DNA of 64,000 nt from Chara braunii (GCA_003427395.1 BFEA01000018.1:2741666-2805665); one strand, 5' to 3'; shown: positions 1-13,000, counted from the stretch's first letter. A program made the numbers and translations. The notes: a model not told the origin generated them from the sequence alone.

Positions 1-39
<39 letters not shown>
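1..39. repeat. (CT)n microsatellite, one of many (CT/GA)n, (CA/GT)n, (TA)n and (CTT)n tracts in the window
   Basis: Seen directly. Similar tracts lie near 1277-1357, 8039-8206, 11196-11338, 16043-16110, 24268-24350, 42502-42567 and 49244-49464. Confidence 0.95.
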
Positions 40-42
<3 letters not shown>

Positions 43-488
43 CCGGTAATAACCTGTGAAGGTGGCGCCTTGTTGCAGTCTCTCTGGCCTCCGCCAACCA
101 TCTCTCTCTCCCCAACGCTACTCTAGCTCCTATTAGCGCCCAGTGCCGAAGACTACCCCTAACGCTACTACTACTACTGCAGCGCTCCTCCAGGGTGCTG
201 CTGCCGAATCCTGAAGACTGCCTCCTGCCTCCTGCACGTGAAGTGCGTGTGAACTGCCTGCGAAGTTTCTACGTACTGCCTGCAGCCTGCAGGGTGGGCC
301 AGTCTTATATAGTGCTGGCCTGTCCAGGAGGCTGTTCTTGCCAAGGCCAAAACGTGCCAGACCCTGGCGTTGAAGTTCAAACAAAGGTTGTCTTGACAAC
401 AGGCCCAAAATGGTCTGTGCTAAAACCCTAGTCTGGTGCCTAAGTTTCAGGGCAGGTCGACTTCATGAGGGCCTGAAAATGGCCCTCG

Positions 489-670
489 TTTTCAGGCTTT
501 TAGGCTGAGACGACACAGGGCTGTAGGCCCTTCGTTTTCAGGTTTTTAGGCTGAAACGACACAGGGCCTGTAGGCCCTTGTTTTCAGGCTTTTAGGCTGA
601 AACGACACAGGGCCTGTAGGCCCTTGTTTTCCGGCTTTTAGTCTGAAACGACACAGGGCCTGTAGGGCCC
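489..670. repeat. Minisatellite, about 46-bp unit x4
   Basis: The unit TTTTCAGGCTTTTAGGCTGAAACGACACAGGGCCTGTAGGCCC repeats four times with few changes. Confidence 0.9.
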
Positions 671-1274
671 TGAATTTCCCTCTGGTCGGGCCCTGCAGAC
701 CCGTGTGGCTGCGCAGTATGCCACACTAAGCCTACCAGGTCTGCCTTTTGGAAAATTCGAAATCCACTTGCCTGGTAGGGTCTGTTGTAACGTTGGCCTA
801 CAGTGATTTACTTGCAAGTCACGTCCAATCTCCTTGCTTTTAGCACTCCACAAGAGCCCCACTTCATCCCACGCAAACAAACTTGCGAACTGGACAGTCA
901 TTCATTCTGCGGCCCTGCTCATCACTCTTGAAGAGCTGCTTTTAAACCGAGGCCTACGGCCTCTGCCTTTTGTGAAATTCGAAATCTACTGGCCTGGTAG
1001 GGCCTAGTTTAACCTTGGTGTACAGGGATTCTACTTCCGGGTCCCAGGTCCAAATCCTGGCAGGAGCAGCAGCAAAGCAAAAACCTAGAGAATTCAAGAG
1101 AAAATTGGGGAAGGTTGCAGGTTCAAAACCTGCTGGCCAACGATAATCCTTTCCTCAGGCCAAGAAACTGCTATATCTTTTGGCCCAAGTACATTGCATT
1201 GCTATTGGGAATCTACATTTTGGAGATTCTGAAGTATGGAAACAAAGGTTTCAACTGTCAAGTTCTTACAGTAA

Positions 1275-1339
<65 letters not shown>

Positions 1340-1776
1340 GTGTGTGTGTGTGTGTGTGGGGGGGGGGGGGAGGTAAATGTGTGCATGTGGGTGTGTCTCC
1401 CTCTCCTTTGGTTCTGTGCAGCTGCAGGAGCTGGAGGAAGGGGGAGTGTATCGAGTGACAGGACTTGTGGCAAAGGGAAAACTTGGTTATGCGACAGCGA
1501 GGAGGGAGGTGTTCTTAAGCACAAGCCGAAATTCAAAATGGGAGAGAATGACAAGCGCATACCTCAAGAACGTCATGTGCGTCCTAATTGTCAGGCTCTC
1601 AATCTCTGGTTATTTTCTTTTCCAGATATATTTTGCTTTTATGCTACATGTAATGTAATACTTAGCAGATGAAAGCAAGAAATGTTGATAAATACGTTGA
1701 GAGCTCACAATCTTGAGTCTCGCAAGTGAAATATTCTAGAAGGTTCACCCAGCACTCCCCCCCCCGGCCCCCCTGC

Positions 1777-1825
<49 letters not shown>

Positions 1826-2249
1826 CTGCAGTCTATAATTTTTTTCCCTTTCTTTTTTTTCGTTTTTTTTTTCTCTGTTTCGCTTTTTCTCTCTTTCTTT
1901 TCTGTTCCAGGTGTTTGTTGCTTTTATGCTTAATGTAATACTCAGCCGATGAAACCAGGAAATGTTGATAAATCCATTGATAGCTCAGGAATCAAATAAC
2001 TCGTGTCTGTTGCTTTTAATGCTTAATGCCATGCTCAGCTGATGAAACCTGGAAATTTTAATCCGTTGCAAGCTCAAAATCTTGAATCAAATAAGTGAAA
2101 CAATCTCAAAGGTTCACCCAGCAGCCCCTTGTCCCTCTCTCTTGCTGGAATCTGGAAGTGCTTTCTCAAAGAAGGTGCTATTTGGCTATGTGTGGCTCTA
2201 TCTCCCAGCTTTGATGTTCCTGAACTTATGGATGACTTGATTAGAAGCG

Positions 2250-3058
2250 TCAAGGCAAGGACCAAAAGCGGTCTTCCAGCCAAGACAGGGGGTTTACTGT
2301 TCGAGGGGCTTGTGGAGCGAGCCGGGCGATCTGTTCTAGCGCCAGGGCATGCCAAGGGAGATCGTGAGTGAAGACCAATCTCTTGATCCACTGCACCATT
2401 AGTGCTGTGACCTGGGTGCCCGGGTCCAGAATACCCAAACCTCCTTTGTCCTTGGGTTGGATCACTGACGTCCATGCTGCTCTGTGTATAACATTAGTAA
2501 GCTCGCTGTTACCCCTCCACAGCATTGCCGTTATTTGTCGTTTGAGGGACCGCACTGCTTCTTTGCTAAATGCCCATATTGCAGATTTATACCAGAGGGC
2601 GGCCAACACCACACTGTTGATCACTAGCGCCCTACCGATTAGGGAGGTATATTTGTCATTCCAGTGCGCCAGCTTCTCTAGAGCAGGTTTGAGGATCCAG
2701 TCGTCGTTCAATGCCGGTTTTCCTGTTGCCGTCAACATTATTCCTAACACTCTCACCGGGGCCGTTTGAGGGAGCCATTTAACTTGTGGCTGCTGCGGGG
2801 GGTGTGCCCCTTGGTGGTGTATCCACCACCCAAGGGTTTTGTTGCCCCAATTTACTGTCATGTCTGAAACAGCCATGAATTTGTCAAACAAACGTCTGAT
2901 CTCTTCCATATTCTCGCTGGTGGCGTCTACCATGAGTGTCAGGTCGTCAGCGAACATTGAGCAAACAGGGATGGCTTCTTCCGGAATGGCTGAAATCTGC
3001 AACTTCCTCAGGCTTTTGTTTGCACGGAGGTTCGCTGCCAGCGCTTCCATCACAATTA
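2250..3058 (-). pseudogene. LINE (L1/Tx1-like) ORF2, C-terminal half of reverse transcriptase, inverted segment
   Basis: ORF 2250..3053 has LIVMEAL, MFADDLT (RT catalytic motif), VRVLGI, SLIGRALVINSV and PKDKGGLGI, all typical of L1-clade ORF2. Confidence 0.9.
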
Positions 3059-4088
3059 ATACCAGCCGGGGACCTGCATTGCGGATCTCCCCTTTGATCC
3101 GGAGGAGTGGCAGTGGCCCCCCGCGCGGAGAACCCCAAAGACACAGAATGTGAAACTCTACAGCCTGACAGTGAAGGCCACCTATCGCTTACTGCGCCCT
3201 AAGGTGAACTTGAAAGATATCGTAAAAACCCGGTGGAGATCTCATCTGAATGTCGGGGTTGATGCCATCCGCCCCATTCAGTGGTTCTCCCTCGCCAAAC
3301 CAGCGAAGCTAGCCTCACTGCAGTGGCAGATAGAGCACCGCTGCCTCCCCACCAATGACTGGCTAATAAACCGCACCTACCTGGAACAAAAAGGACTGGC
3401 ACTCCCGTGGTGTAAATCGTGTCACGCGGCATTCCCCTCCCGAAAGATCCCGGAAACCATCAAACATATTTTCCTGCAATACCCGGGATCTGTTCTTACA
3501 TGGCGATGGTGGGACAGGATTTGGAGGCTGCTGGACACCGGCACAAACTGGCCATGGGACTGGAGGACGATCCTGTGTGAGACACGGACCTCCCCTGCAT
3601 CCAGTACCTTCGAAGAGAATATGTTTAAAATAGGAAGGAGAGCGGTTATGTGGGCGATCTGGAGGAGACGTTGTATACATGTCATGGAGGGAGTCCGCAT
3701 AGCCGGGGAGGAAATGACAGACATGATCAAACAATTCATACACCAAGAACTTATGACGCAATGGCAGAAGGTCAAAAGTTCGCTGGATCTATGCCAAACA
3801 AAGGAAGAAATAGAACAAAAAATCAGACAATTTTCAGGGGACTGGCTGGGCGGTGCGGACGGAGGCCGAATCGCTTTCATCAAGTGGGATGGAGGCCAAA
3901 CCCGGAGCAACGAAGCAGGCAACCACGACGGCAACAGGGAGCTGATCACTAAAGATTATCAGATCTGTTTCAGAGACTGGACAACGGTGGGCCAAGGGGT
4001 TCCGTTACGGCCACCATCGGACTTTCCTGACCCCTTTCCACCCCATCAGTTGGCGGTAGTGGACATGCAGTGGTATGGGGCGGAGTAA
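3059..4088 (+). pseudogene. LINE ORF2 C-terminus with zf-RVT-like Cys/His region, frameshifted near 3148
   Basis: WQIEHRCLPTND..WCKSC..ETIKHIFLQ..WAIWRRR matches the zf-RVT region. The upstream frame gives ADLPFDPEEWQW, homologous to EDLELDPAEWAW in the LINE at about 6.1 kb. Confidence 0.85.
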
Positions 4089-4547
4089 GCAGGCCTGTTT
4101 CTGCTTTTTTCTTGACTTAAGCAGGCCTGTTTCTGCCTTTTTCTTGACTTCAGTCTGCATCGGCACTCCCGGTGCTAGCGGTGTCTGCTCTCATCAGCAC
4201 CGCTAGCACCGGTGAGGGTTGCCCAAGAAAAGGGTGAGTAGTTGGACACAAGGGGGAGAGGCAGAAGGGGGGTACTGCCGTGCTAGAGGGCGCTAATTCA
4301 AATGTGGTGTTTTGAATTTTGTCTATGTAAGGGACGCTGGACCCGGTTTCCAGCAGNNGAACAGTGTTGCTTTTCAGAACTTGGAAGTGGGGGGAGCCAG
4401 GAAGAGAGAGCAGATATCTGGCGCCAGGTGCAAGGTGAAGAGNCCCCCCCGCCCAACCTCCTGCTCAGTCAATCCCCTGGACCCCAGGGTAATCAATGCT
4501 GGCAGGATCGTACCACACTTTTCTGATGTGATTTGAATCTTGTCTAT

Positions 4548-4652
4548 GTAAGGGACGCTGGACCCGGTTTCCAGCAGGTGCTGCTCCCCACCAATAGATG
4601 GAGCCCCCCCTGGGTGCTAGCGGTGTCTGCTCGTACCAGCACTGCTAGCACT
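4548..4652 (+). repeat. Dispersed structured repeat module (SINE-like or LINE 3'-UTR-like)
   Basis: GTAAGGGACGCTGGACCCGGTTTCCAGCAGGTGCTGCTCCCCACCAATAGATGGAGC also occurs at 4328-4356 (partial), 17465-17490 (-, partial), 22987-23040 (-) and 34179-34230. Confidence 0.75.
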
Positions 4653-4918
4653 GAAAGCTTCTTTCTTTCTTTTTTTTCAGTGAAATAGCATGATTTGAAT
4701 TGATTTCATTATATGAGGAGGCTGGGAATCCCTCCACATCTCAACCCGGAAAACTGGGGCCGATACCCAGCTTAGGCTCATACGGGAACAAGGGTCCCGT
4801 GTCCCCTATTTCAGCCACCTTCTACTATTCCAGAACAAAATACAAAACTGGACAAAGAAATCTACAAAAAGCACAAGGGATGGAAGACACACGTGGAAGA
4901 TGCTAAACACCCATAAAC

Positions 4919-5173
4919 CTAGCCTACCAGAGTGGCCCGGGGTCACTTGCCCGGCCGGGCCAAAAAGATTAAAAAAATATAATAATAATAGAAGAAAATA
5001 TTTTAAAATTTTATTTTATATTTTACATTTGGTAGAGCATTTCGATGTGACCCTGAGGCAAAAGTTGTTCAGTTTATTTTTCTGCATAACATAGTTTTTT
5101 TTCGGATTTTTTGGATTTTGTTTTTTTTTTGGCTGGGACCTTCCCTTGTCCTTGCTCGGGCTAGCCTGCCTAG
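4919..5173. mobile_element. hAT-like MITE, family A (about 260-290 bp)
   Basis: Termini CTAG..CTAG. Perfect 8-bp TSD CCATAAAC (4911-4918 and 5174-5181). Homologous to 53631-53901 and 57772-58063. Confidence 0.85.
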
Positions 5174-5330
5174 CCATAAACTGAATCGCTTTTCTTAAAC
5201 CCTGAACCCTAGGTTTTCTGTAACTAATTTGATGGTTTACCTTCCTAAATCCTAAAACCCTCCTAGTCCCTGTGGACTAACGGTGAGGTCTCCTCTCGTC
5301 CCTTTTTTACCACCCCTGCCCGCTGACCTG

Positions 5331-7735
5331 TCAGGCTCTGAGTTGTAACGTTATGCGCACTCCCCCTACGGTGGCCATCTTCCCGGTTCCTAAGCTTGTG
5401 CATTCAAAGCGAGCTTGGATGTTCTTGACTCTTTCCGCATTCTGCTGTATCTTATGTCTTACCCTATTCAATTGGACCCTTATCTCTGTTTCCATTAGAT
5501 TTTTGTAAATCTCCTTTGCTTCTGGGATAGGCATTGGTCTTTTCTCTACTGTGATCTGACATCTCCTCTTCCATATAGTCTATAAAGGCATATTGTCTCA
5601 AAAGGTGGAAGTTCTTCTGGAATACTGACCAACTTGGTGGTGTTTCCCCTCCTCTGGAAATTGTGTGTCCGCCATGTTCTCCCACCATTCTTTAGCTATC
5701 TGCCAGGTTGCTTTAGATCCCTTACAGCCCACTAGGCAGTGTTCCACTGTCTCTCTCACCCCTTCTGCATTCAGAGGATTTCTGTGCTCCTTGCTTCTGT
5801 GAACGTTCACCCATGCATTGACTGGCAGTGCCACGTAGTAGGTCGACCATTGCATGCTACGTACGAGGCCTAGCCTGATGGTTTCCAGGTTTGACATCTG
5901 GAACACTGACATCTGCCCTGCAGGTACTCCCATGTTGTCCTCTCATCTCTTAGTCAGAGTGTCCCTCAGGGGATAAGGACGCAGCTGAAGTTTGTAGCCC
6001 AAGCTGGCCATGTAGTGAAGTATGTTTGTACTCGGGATACGTTGAATCGGCCTTCTCGCAAATTCCATGCCCACTCCGCCGGGTCCAACTCAAGATCTTC
6101 CACCGGGGTAGTGGGGCAATAGATGGTGAAATCCTCCGTTTTCACCACCCTTACCTTCTGCATGACCTCTATCCGAATTGTCACCAGGGTTTTAGATTCT
6201 TTGTTCAGCAGGCTTGTTGTGTCTCCTTGCTGTTCGATGTACATGTCTGGGGAAAGCCACTGCCTGAGGTCCCACTTGTTGGTGCACCTAAAGACCACTC
6301 TTGGAGTGCCGTCCTTCCTCTGTGTTACCCAATCCCCGTAGCCCCACTGTGACCCCTTCTCCAGCACCCTCCATTCTCCCGGAATTGAGACCAGTACATC
6401 GTTTAAGTTCTCCACCCATGTTCCCCATCTGGAGTCACTGCCTGTTAATGTTCTGGGACGTCCCCGTTCATCCTTTATCGCCGGATTGCAGAACAATCGT
6501 CGTCTCAGGACCTCTTCCCTAGTACGCGGCTGGCCGCTTCTAGATGGAAAAATGCTCCACCATGGTTTTAACAGGTGGCCCCAGTATGTTCCCTCTCTTT
6601 CTTCCACTTGTCTGTGCTCCGTTCTGTCTCCTTTTCTGGTTAGTTTTGCCCAACTCTTGCATTGTAGCTAGAACAGCCTGGACGTGTTGGGTGGAGTTGT
6701 GCATTTCGCCATCCTCCTGATTCGGTAGAGGGCAAGGGGACTCGACGGGAGGGGATGGTTTGTGATTAGCTTTATTCTCCATTTGACCTGTAGGGCCTTC
6801 AGCTGCAGTTCCGGGTCTATTATACCTAGTCCGCCCCTTTCCTTTTCCTGATGACATTATTCCACGCCACTTTGGAAATTAAGTGAGGCCTAGACGGATT
6901 TGCTGTCCACAGGCATGCTGCTGCCTTTCTCCTCAGGTCCGCTGTTACCTGCACTGGCGGACTCCAGACTGATCCTGTGTCCATAACATCGAGAAGACTG
7001 ATGCACTCAGTATTAGTGGTGTACCATATAAGGAGGCATAGACTGATGCCCATGTTCCCATTTTCTTTTTATCATCTTTGATACTAAGTCTGGGGCCATA
7101 GAGTAATGTGGGCCTGATTCTGAGATTTTGATGCCCAAGAAAAACGCAGAGGTTCAGCCGAGGACAGCCATTGCATGCCGTCCGGGCTGACTGTCGGGCC
7201 CGGTTTATCTAGACTCTGGTCCGCCAACCACCACCCCAGTGTCGTACCCCAGTTGATGTTCATAGCAAGGCGTGCATAGCTCTCGTGAGGCCTGAGGAGG
7301 AGGAGTCCGAGGCCCGGGTCAGCACTGTGAGGTCCTCTGCGAAAAGGATGGTAGTCGGGATGATGATCTCCCGCCCCTGTTGATCCGGCTCCTTCACCAG
7401 ATGTTGGATCTATGGGTCCTTTCTAAGGAAGGATGCCACCACCTCCATTATAAACAAGAATATTGGTGCTGCTAGCGGGTCTCCCTGTCTGACTGACCTT
7501 GATGAACCATGAGCGTCGTTGTCAGGGACGCTGACCCACTTCCTGAAGCTTGGTCCTACCCCCATTTTCTCCATACATTGTTGGAGTAAATTCCAATTTA
7601 CCTGGTCGTACGCCTTCTCAAAGTCAAAGAATAAAATTGCTGCATTTATTCTTTTGTCCTTAATGTAACGCACTGATTCCATTCGGGTCATTACACCATC
7701 TAGAATATAGCGGCCAGGGATGAAGCGGGTATTTG
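5331..7735 (-). pseudogene. 5'-truncated, frameshifted LINE (L1/Tx1-like) ORF2: RT to zf-RVT
   Basis: FFDFEKAYDQVNW and SVRQGDPLAAPIFLFIMEVV (7410..7691); LFAEDLT near 7340; ETVEHCLVGC (5598..5933); many stops and frameshifts. Confidence 0.9.
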
Positions 7736-7824
7736 GAAACAGCCCCGTGTGACGTCACTTAGTTTATTGGCGAGCGCCTTAGCTATTCTTTTGTGCGTTG
7801 AGGTGAGGGAGAGTTATGAGTGTA

Positions 7825-8034
7825 TCCAGAGGGAACAATTCCGGATTGCAAATGGGAAGCGACGGGGAGTAAAAAGAAGGGAAGGTGGGGTAAACTCAAA
7901 TATGACCTGGGGGGTTGGCGGGGGTGGGAAGGGGAAGGGATTTCAAGGGGACGAAGGGAGTTTGATTTTGAATCAATTTGCATTAAATTTGGTATTTGAA
8001 TATGGGGTTGGGAAAGTCACTTTCCGAATTCTCA

Positions 8035-8121
<87 letters not shown>

Positions 8122-8122
8122 N

Positions 8123-8208
<86 letters not shown>

Positions 8209-8644
8209 AGAAGGGGGTAGAGGAGTGGGGGAAGGGAGAGAGGCAGCTAAAGAGGGGCAGGGTGTTGAAGGAGGTCATCTTGGACTATGTCCCTGTCCAG
8301 AGGAAACAATTCCAGATTGCAAATGGAAAGGGACAGGGAGTAAAAAGAAGGGAAGGTGGGGTAAACTCAAATATGACCTGGGGGGTTGGCAAGGGAGAGA
8401 GGGAGCTAAAGAGGGGCAAGGTGTTGAAGGAAGTCATCTCAGACTATGTTGGCAAGGGAGAGAGGCAGGTAAAGAGTGGCAGGGTGTTGAAGGAAGTCAT
8501 CTCGGACTATGTCCCCATCCAGAGGAAACGATTCCAGATTGCAAATGGGAAGGGGCGGGGAGTAAAAAGAAGGGAAGGTGAGGTAAACTCAAATATGACC
8601 TGGGGGGTTGGTGGAGTTGGGAAAGTCACTGTCCGAAATTCTCA

Positions 8645-8650
<6 letters not shown>
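7825..8650. repeat. Compound tandem repeat, 3 copies of an approximately 95-bp unit with (GA)n
   Basis: CCAGAGGAAACAATTCCAGATTGCAAATGG..CTCAAATATGACCTGGGGGGTTGG at about 7825, 8296 and 8519. Confidence 0.8.
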
Positions 8651-8734
<84 letters not shown>

Positions 8735-9337
8735 AAACAATTCCGAATCTCAGATATGGATATTAGAGGTGGAGAAGATTGATAGAGAGACGAAGAGTGA
8801 GAGAGAGAGAGAGAGATCTTGAAACAATTCCGAATCTCGGATATGGATATTAGAGGTGGAGAGAGGCATCTTGATAGTCATTCCAAATAAGGAAGGTTTT
8901 GCACCTGATGTCATCTGTGGGCTGATACCGAGCACAGGCCACTTTGAAAAGGCGCAGTTCCAGGCTCGCGAGCCTTAGAAGGTAACTTCCTAAACTTAGG
9001 CTCATTTAAACTGGTGGTTTAAAGCGTGTTGAACGACATGGCCATTATCTTTTTGAGACCTTTGCCACCCTTTGAACAAGGAATATTTGGTATCTTATTT
9101 TTTTGATATTTTCCTGATCTCGAGTGTCTTTTTCTTTAAAAAAACTTGTGATCAAACCCTAGAACCGGCACGGGATGTTCCGGTGTTGTGCTGCCCAGAA
9201 TCCCTGGCCTCGAGCTATCTGATGTGCACTGGGCCCATAGGTTATTTTGCGTTGCTTGGGCCCCGAGGCTGCCCATCAACTCGCCTCGTGCTCTAGAGGA
9301 ATTTGTTACCCACCGGAGTGAGAATTTAAGAACACGC

Positions 9338-9897
9338 CGGGGTTGCATGCCTGCCGACTGCCGACCCTGACCGCCGACCATATTGCAGCCGACCAGTAGG
9401 GCTGACCGGCCGGCGGTCTGCCCACCAGTCAGAAAACAACCATCCACTNNNNNNNNNNNNNNNNNNNNNNNNNNNNNNNNNNNNNNNNNNNNNNNNNNNN
9501 NNNNNNNNNNNNNNNNNNNNNNNNNNNNNNNNNNNNNNNNNNNNNNNNNNNNNNNNNNNNNNNNNNNNNNNNNNNNNNNNNNNNNNNNNNNNNNNNNNNN
9601 NNNNNNNNNNNNNNNNNNNNNNNNNNNNNNNNNNNNNNNNNNNNNNNNNNNNNNNNNNNNNNNNNNNNNNNNNNNNNNNNNNNNNNNNNNNTGGGGGTAT
9701 TGGGGGCCGCTATGGGGGTGTTGGTGGTGTTATTAGGGGTTCTGCACCCCCCCCCCCCCCCAAAAAAAAAAAAAAGTGTTTTTTTTTTCTTCCGGGGTGC
9801 CAACAGCCCCCGCCCGGTAGGTGCCGACCAGCCAACCGGTCGGTGGGTCGGCAGCCGACCAGTCAAGGGTCGCCGACCGTTGAGGTGTGCAACTCTG
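9338..9897. mobile_element. hAT-like non-autonomous element with an internal gap
   Basis: Imperfect TIR CGGGGTTGCA / TGCAACTCTG. TSD GAACACGC / GAACACGA (7 of 8). Many subterminal CCGACC motifs in both orientations. Confidence 0.7.
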
Positions 9898-11190
9898 GAA
9901 CACGATGAAAAGCATACACAAACCTTTGAAAACATGAAAAGAAGGGAAATTTTGGGTGCTGCAGACAAGACACCCTGATTATCATCATGAAAACAAAGTC
10001 GGGATGTGTTAGATCTATAGATTCTATACCTATATGACCCGTTGATCATCTAGAGCAGGACAGGTAGTGCCCTGTGAATCATTATGAAAATGAGGCGGCC
10101 CCTAACGCATGACTGATCAGAAAATCTTGGCGAAAGGCAGGTTTGACTGAGGCCTCCACCTGCATAACCCCTACATTCCGGAGAGCACTCATAGGACCCT
10201 TAAAATCGTGATGAAAGGGGAACAGGGTGAATGAGATGTACACCGTACATAAATCCATGATGGAAAGGGGGCAGGGTGACTGAGATCTACGCACCTAAAT
10301 GACCCTTGGATTTCCTAGAGGGGCTGCATCTCAGGAGCCCATCGGACCTCGTAAAACTGCTGAGGGTCGTAAGTTCTTCTGCAGAAGGTACAACAGCCAT
10401 CTAAATTATTGCGACCGCATGCTGCTGCATTCAAACGACCCTGCGACATGCCAAGCTGGGGTCTGCACTATGGTACCCAAAGTCGCATGCAACATAGGTC
10501 ATGGTATGCTGATGGTGAAATACATGGCTGCTTCTGTGATGTCAATCTATGCCGATGTTCATTCCGTTCCTTTTTATTTATTGACATATCTGTCAAAGGT
10601 GGGCATGCAATATAGGTCATGGTATGCTCATGGTGAAGTGCATGGGTGCTTCTGTTATGGGTGCTTAATACTGCTTATGTGATGGCAAGACATACATAAT
10701 GTTTTTGTTTTTTACTTTTTTGAAGTTTTTTCCCCACAACACACAAGCCCCTTCTATTCTGGGGGGCGTCAGTCCTACATGCAGAATTTTCATTCTGTTC
10801 TTTTTAATTTATTGACATATCTGCCGGTTGCGGTGTGTGATTGCCCTTGTTTTGCGATGACCAGGATAGACTTCTCTCCCCGAGTCTCCACCCCGATTGC
10901 CGATCTGAAGAACATTCCATATGGCAGGTAAACCTTCTAACATGAGGTCCTAGGACGGTGGGGTGGAGGGCAGGAGGAACTGCCTCCCTGCCCTATGGCC
11001 CTTGGCTCCCTCCTGAATATTTTTAATTTTTTTATTTTTTTCCGCCCCCTCCTGATATTGATTTACTTCCCAGTCCCTTCACTTTCAGTTGTTTACAGAT
11101 AGTCCTCGTCTAGAGATGCCTCGACTGCAGAGATCATCCTTCGTACTGATTCTTTGTACAAGTGGATCGTTCCTTCCCACTCCCTTCCCC

Positions 11191-11263
<73 letters not shown>

Positions 11264-11264
11264 N

Positions 11265-11339
<75 letters not shown>

Positions 11340-12637
11340 CCCCTCACTTCCTTTGTGTGTTTGTGTTCAGAATTTCCGAACGTGAACCTCCCACCTCCAT
11401 ATGCGGAATCCAAAATTTGCCGAATCTCATAGGCATTCATTTGATATCGAAATCGCTCTTTCAGAGTCTTTCCCCTCAAGATGCAATGCAGATATATAAT
11501 AAAAAACAGGCCGTTGATGAAATTCATCACGCCAGCGCCAAACCTCGAAGGTCGTGGTGCGTTGACTGGCCAGCTTGTGGGCCAGGTACTGGTAGTTTAA
11601 TATAATAAGGGGAGGCGTGCCGTGGTGATGTTGTGGCAAAAAGTGGATGGGAGATAAAAAATCTGGAGAGAGCAAGAGGCCGGGCGAGAGAAAAGGAGAG
11701 AGAGAAAGGAATCACTTTTCTTTCGTATAATTGGTGGGGGGGAAGGGGCTTGGGTTCGATTTGAAATGTGGGAGGAGTCAAGGGGGAGTGAGAGATCCCC
11801 AAGCTCGGTGAAAATCCCCCCTCGATACTTGAGTGAGGGGGGCTTGTGACACATGCCCTGATGTCTGTGGAAATCATTCTATCTGTACCATAAGCGGACG
11901 CCGTTCGGAAAATTCCGCGCGTTTGGTGCATGAGCGGACGCGCACGGTGCGACGCACGAGGGAAATATTCACTCAAAAGAAAAAAGGGGTCGCATGGCTG
12001 GGTCAATGGTCACTTGCGTCCCCTTCAAAGATTTGTTGTGGGATGGGGAAAAATAAAATAAAAAAATAGTGGGAGAATAACGCCGTTCCATAAAGGTCAA
12101 GACTGATGTCCCAGACAACTTTTTGAGGCTATTTCTCATGCCCAATTGGACGGGAAAAAAAATATGTACGACTGTACTTGAAAAAGATCAGTTCCTTAGG
12201 TGTTGCACTCTTCTGTATCTACAAAAACAGCAAAAAAAAAAGCAAGCAAAGGGAAACTGCCGCTGGTATGGCGCACGAGCAGGTGCCGCGCCGTACGTCG
12301 TGCAGCGCACGGTGCTGTTGCAAGTATGATGCGTACTGTTTATCATGAGAGCGAAATAGCAAGGTACATGTTCCCCACTCTGTTCTGCCCAATGCGTCCT
12401 GAATGTTAGCTATTTCAGCGCATTTCTGACTATTGGCTGACTTGATTGGTAGGGCTATGTTACTGTTGTTCTGTAAGCCAAGTGTTCAATTCTTGGGAAA
12501 AGAATCGAGTATCTGAATATGCTGGTCCTGTTTCTGGTTGTCAATTGCGTCAGGGATTTTGACACAGTTGCATTCGTTCTTCACGTCGGCAATGCGTTCA
12601 GTGACGGAATGCGAATGAAGCAGTGGATATTCTTAGC

Positions 12638-12766
12638 AGATGGTACAGAGGATGGGAGGGCCGGTGCAGATCCAGGCGATCCAGAAGCAATGGCGCTTCT
12701 TGCCATTCTGTTCTCAAGTGTACCAGAGTCTTTTGTGCCGATTGAATCCTCCCTTTTCAATTCCCT
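12638..12766 (+). CDS. Candidate exon of an unknown host gene
   Basis: Acceptor TTCTTAG(CAG) and donor CTT|GTGAGT. Open frame DGTEDGRAGADPGDPEAMALLAILFSSVPESFVPIESSLFNSL. Confidence 0.35.
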
Positions 12767-13000
12767 TGTGAGTTTTTTTTTTCTGTTCTTTTTTTTTTTT
12801 TTCCCATGATTCCATCCCATTTGAATCTGCCGTTTTCATTAAGAAAAAAAAAAGGGCGACGGCCTTGAGATATGATCATCGAACTGACCGACCCTTGGGA
12901 ATTCAGGATTGTAGTATTTTACTCATTTGCTTCCAGCGAAACTCGTTTTACTCGTTTGCTTCCAGCGGAGCTCGTTTTACTCAGGTCTGTATTTCAACAG

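Noticed and set aside
489-670. CRISPR-like regular repeats
   Set aside because: The units are contiguous with no unique spacers, the context is eukaryotic and there are no cas genes.
1000-1070. tRNA-like segment (TAGTTTAACCTTGG..GTCCAAATCC)
   Set aside because: No consistent cloverleaf, a degenerate B-box and a single copy.
4577-4604. Pistol or HDV-like ribozyme assignment for the pseudoknot module
   Set aside because: It lacks pistol P2/P3 and the cleavage strand, and it is too short for the HDV nested double pseudoknot.
7749-8735. 328-aa ORF and many other RERE/SLSL/HTHT or poly-X ORFs
   Set aside because: They arise from microsatellites, tandem repeats or N gaps that lack stop codons.
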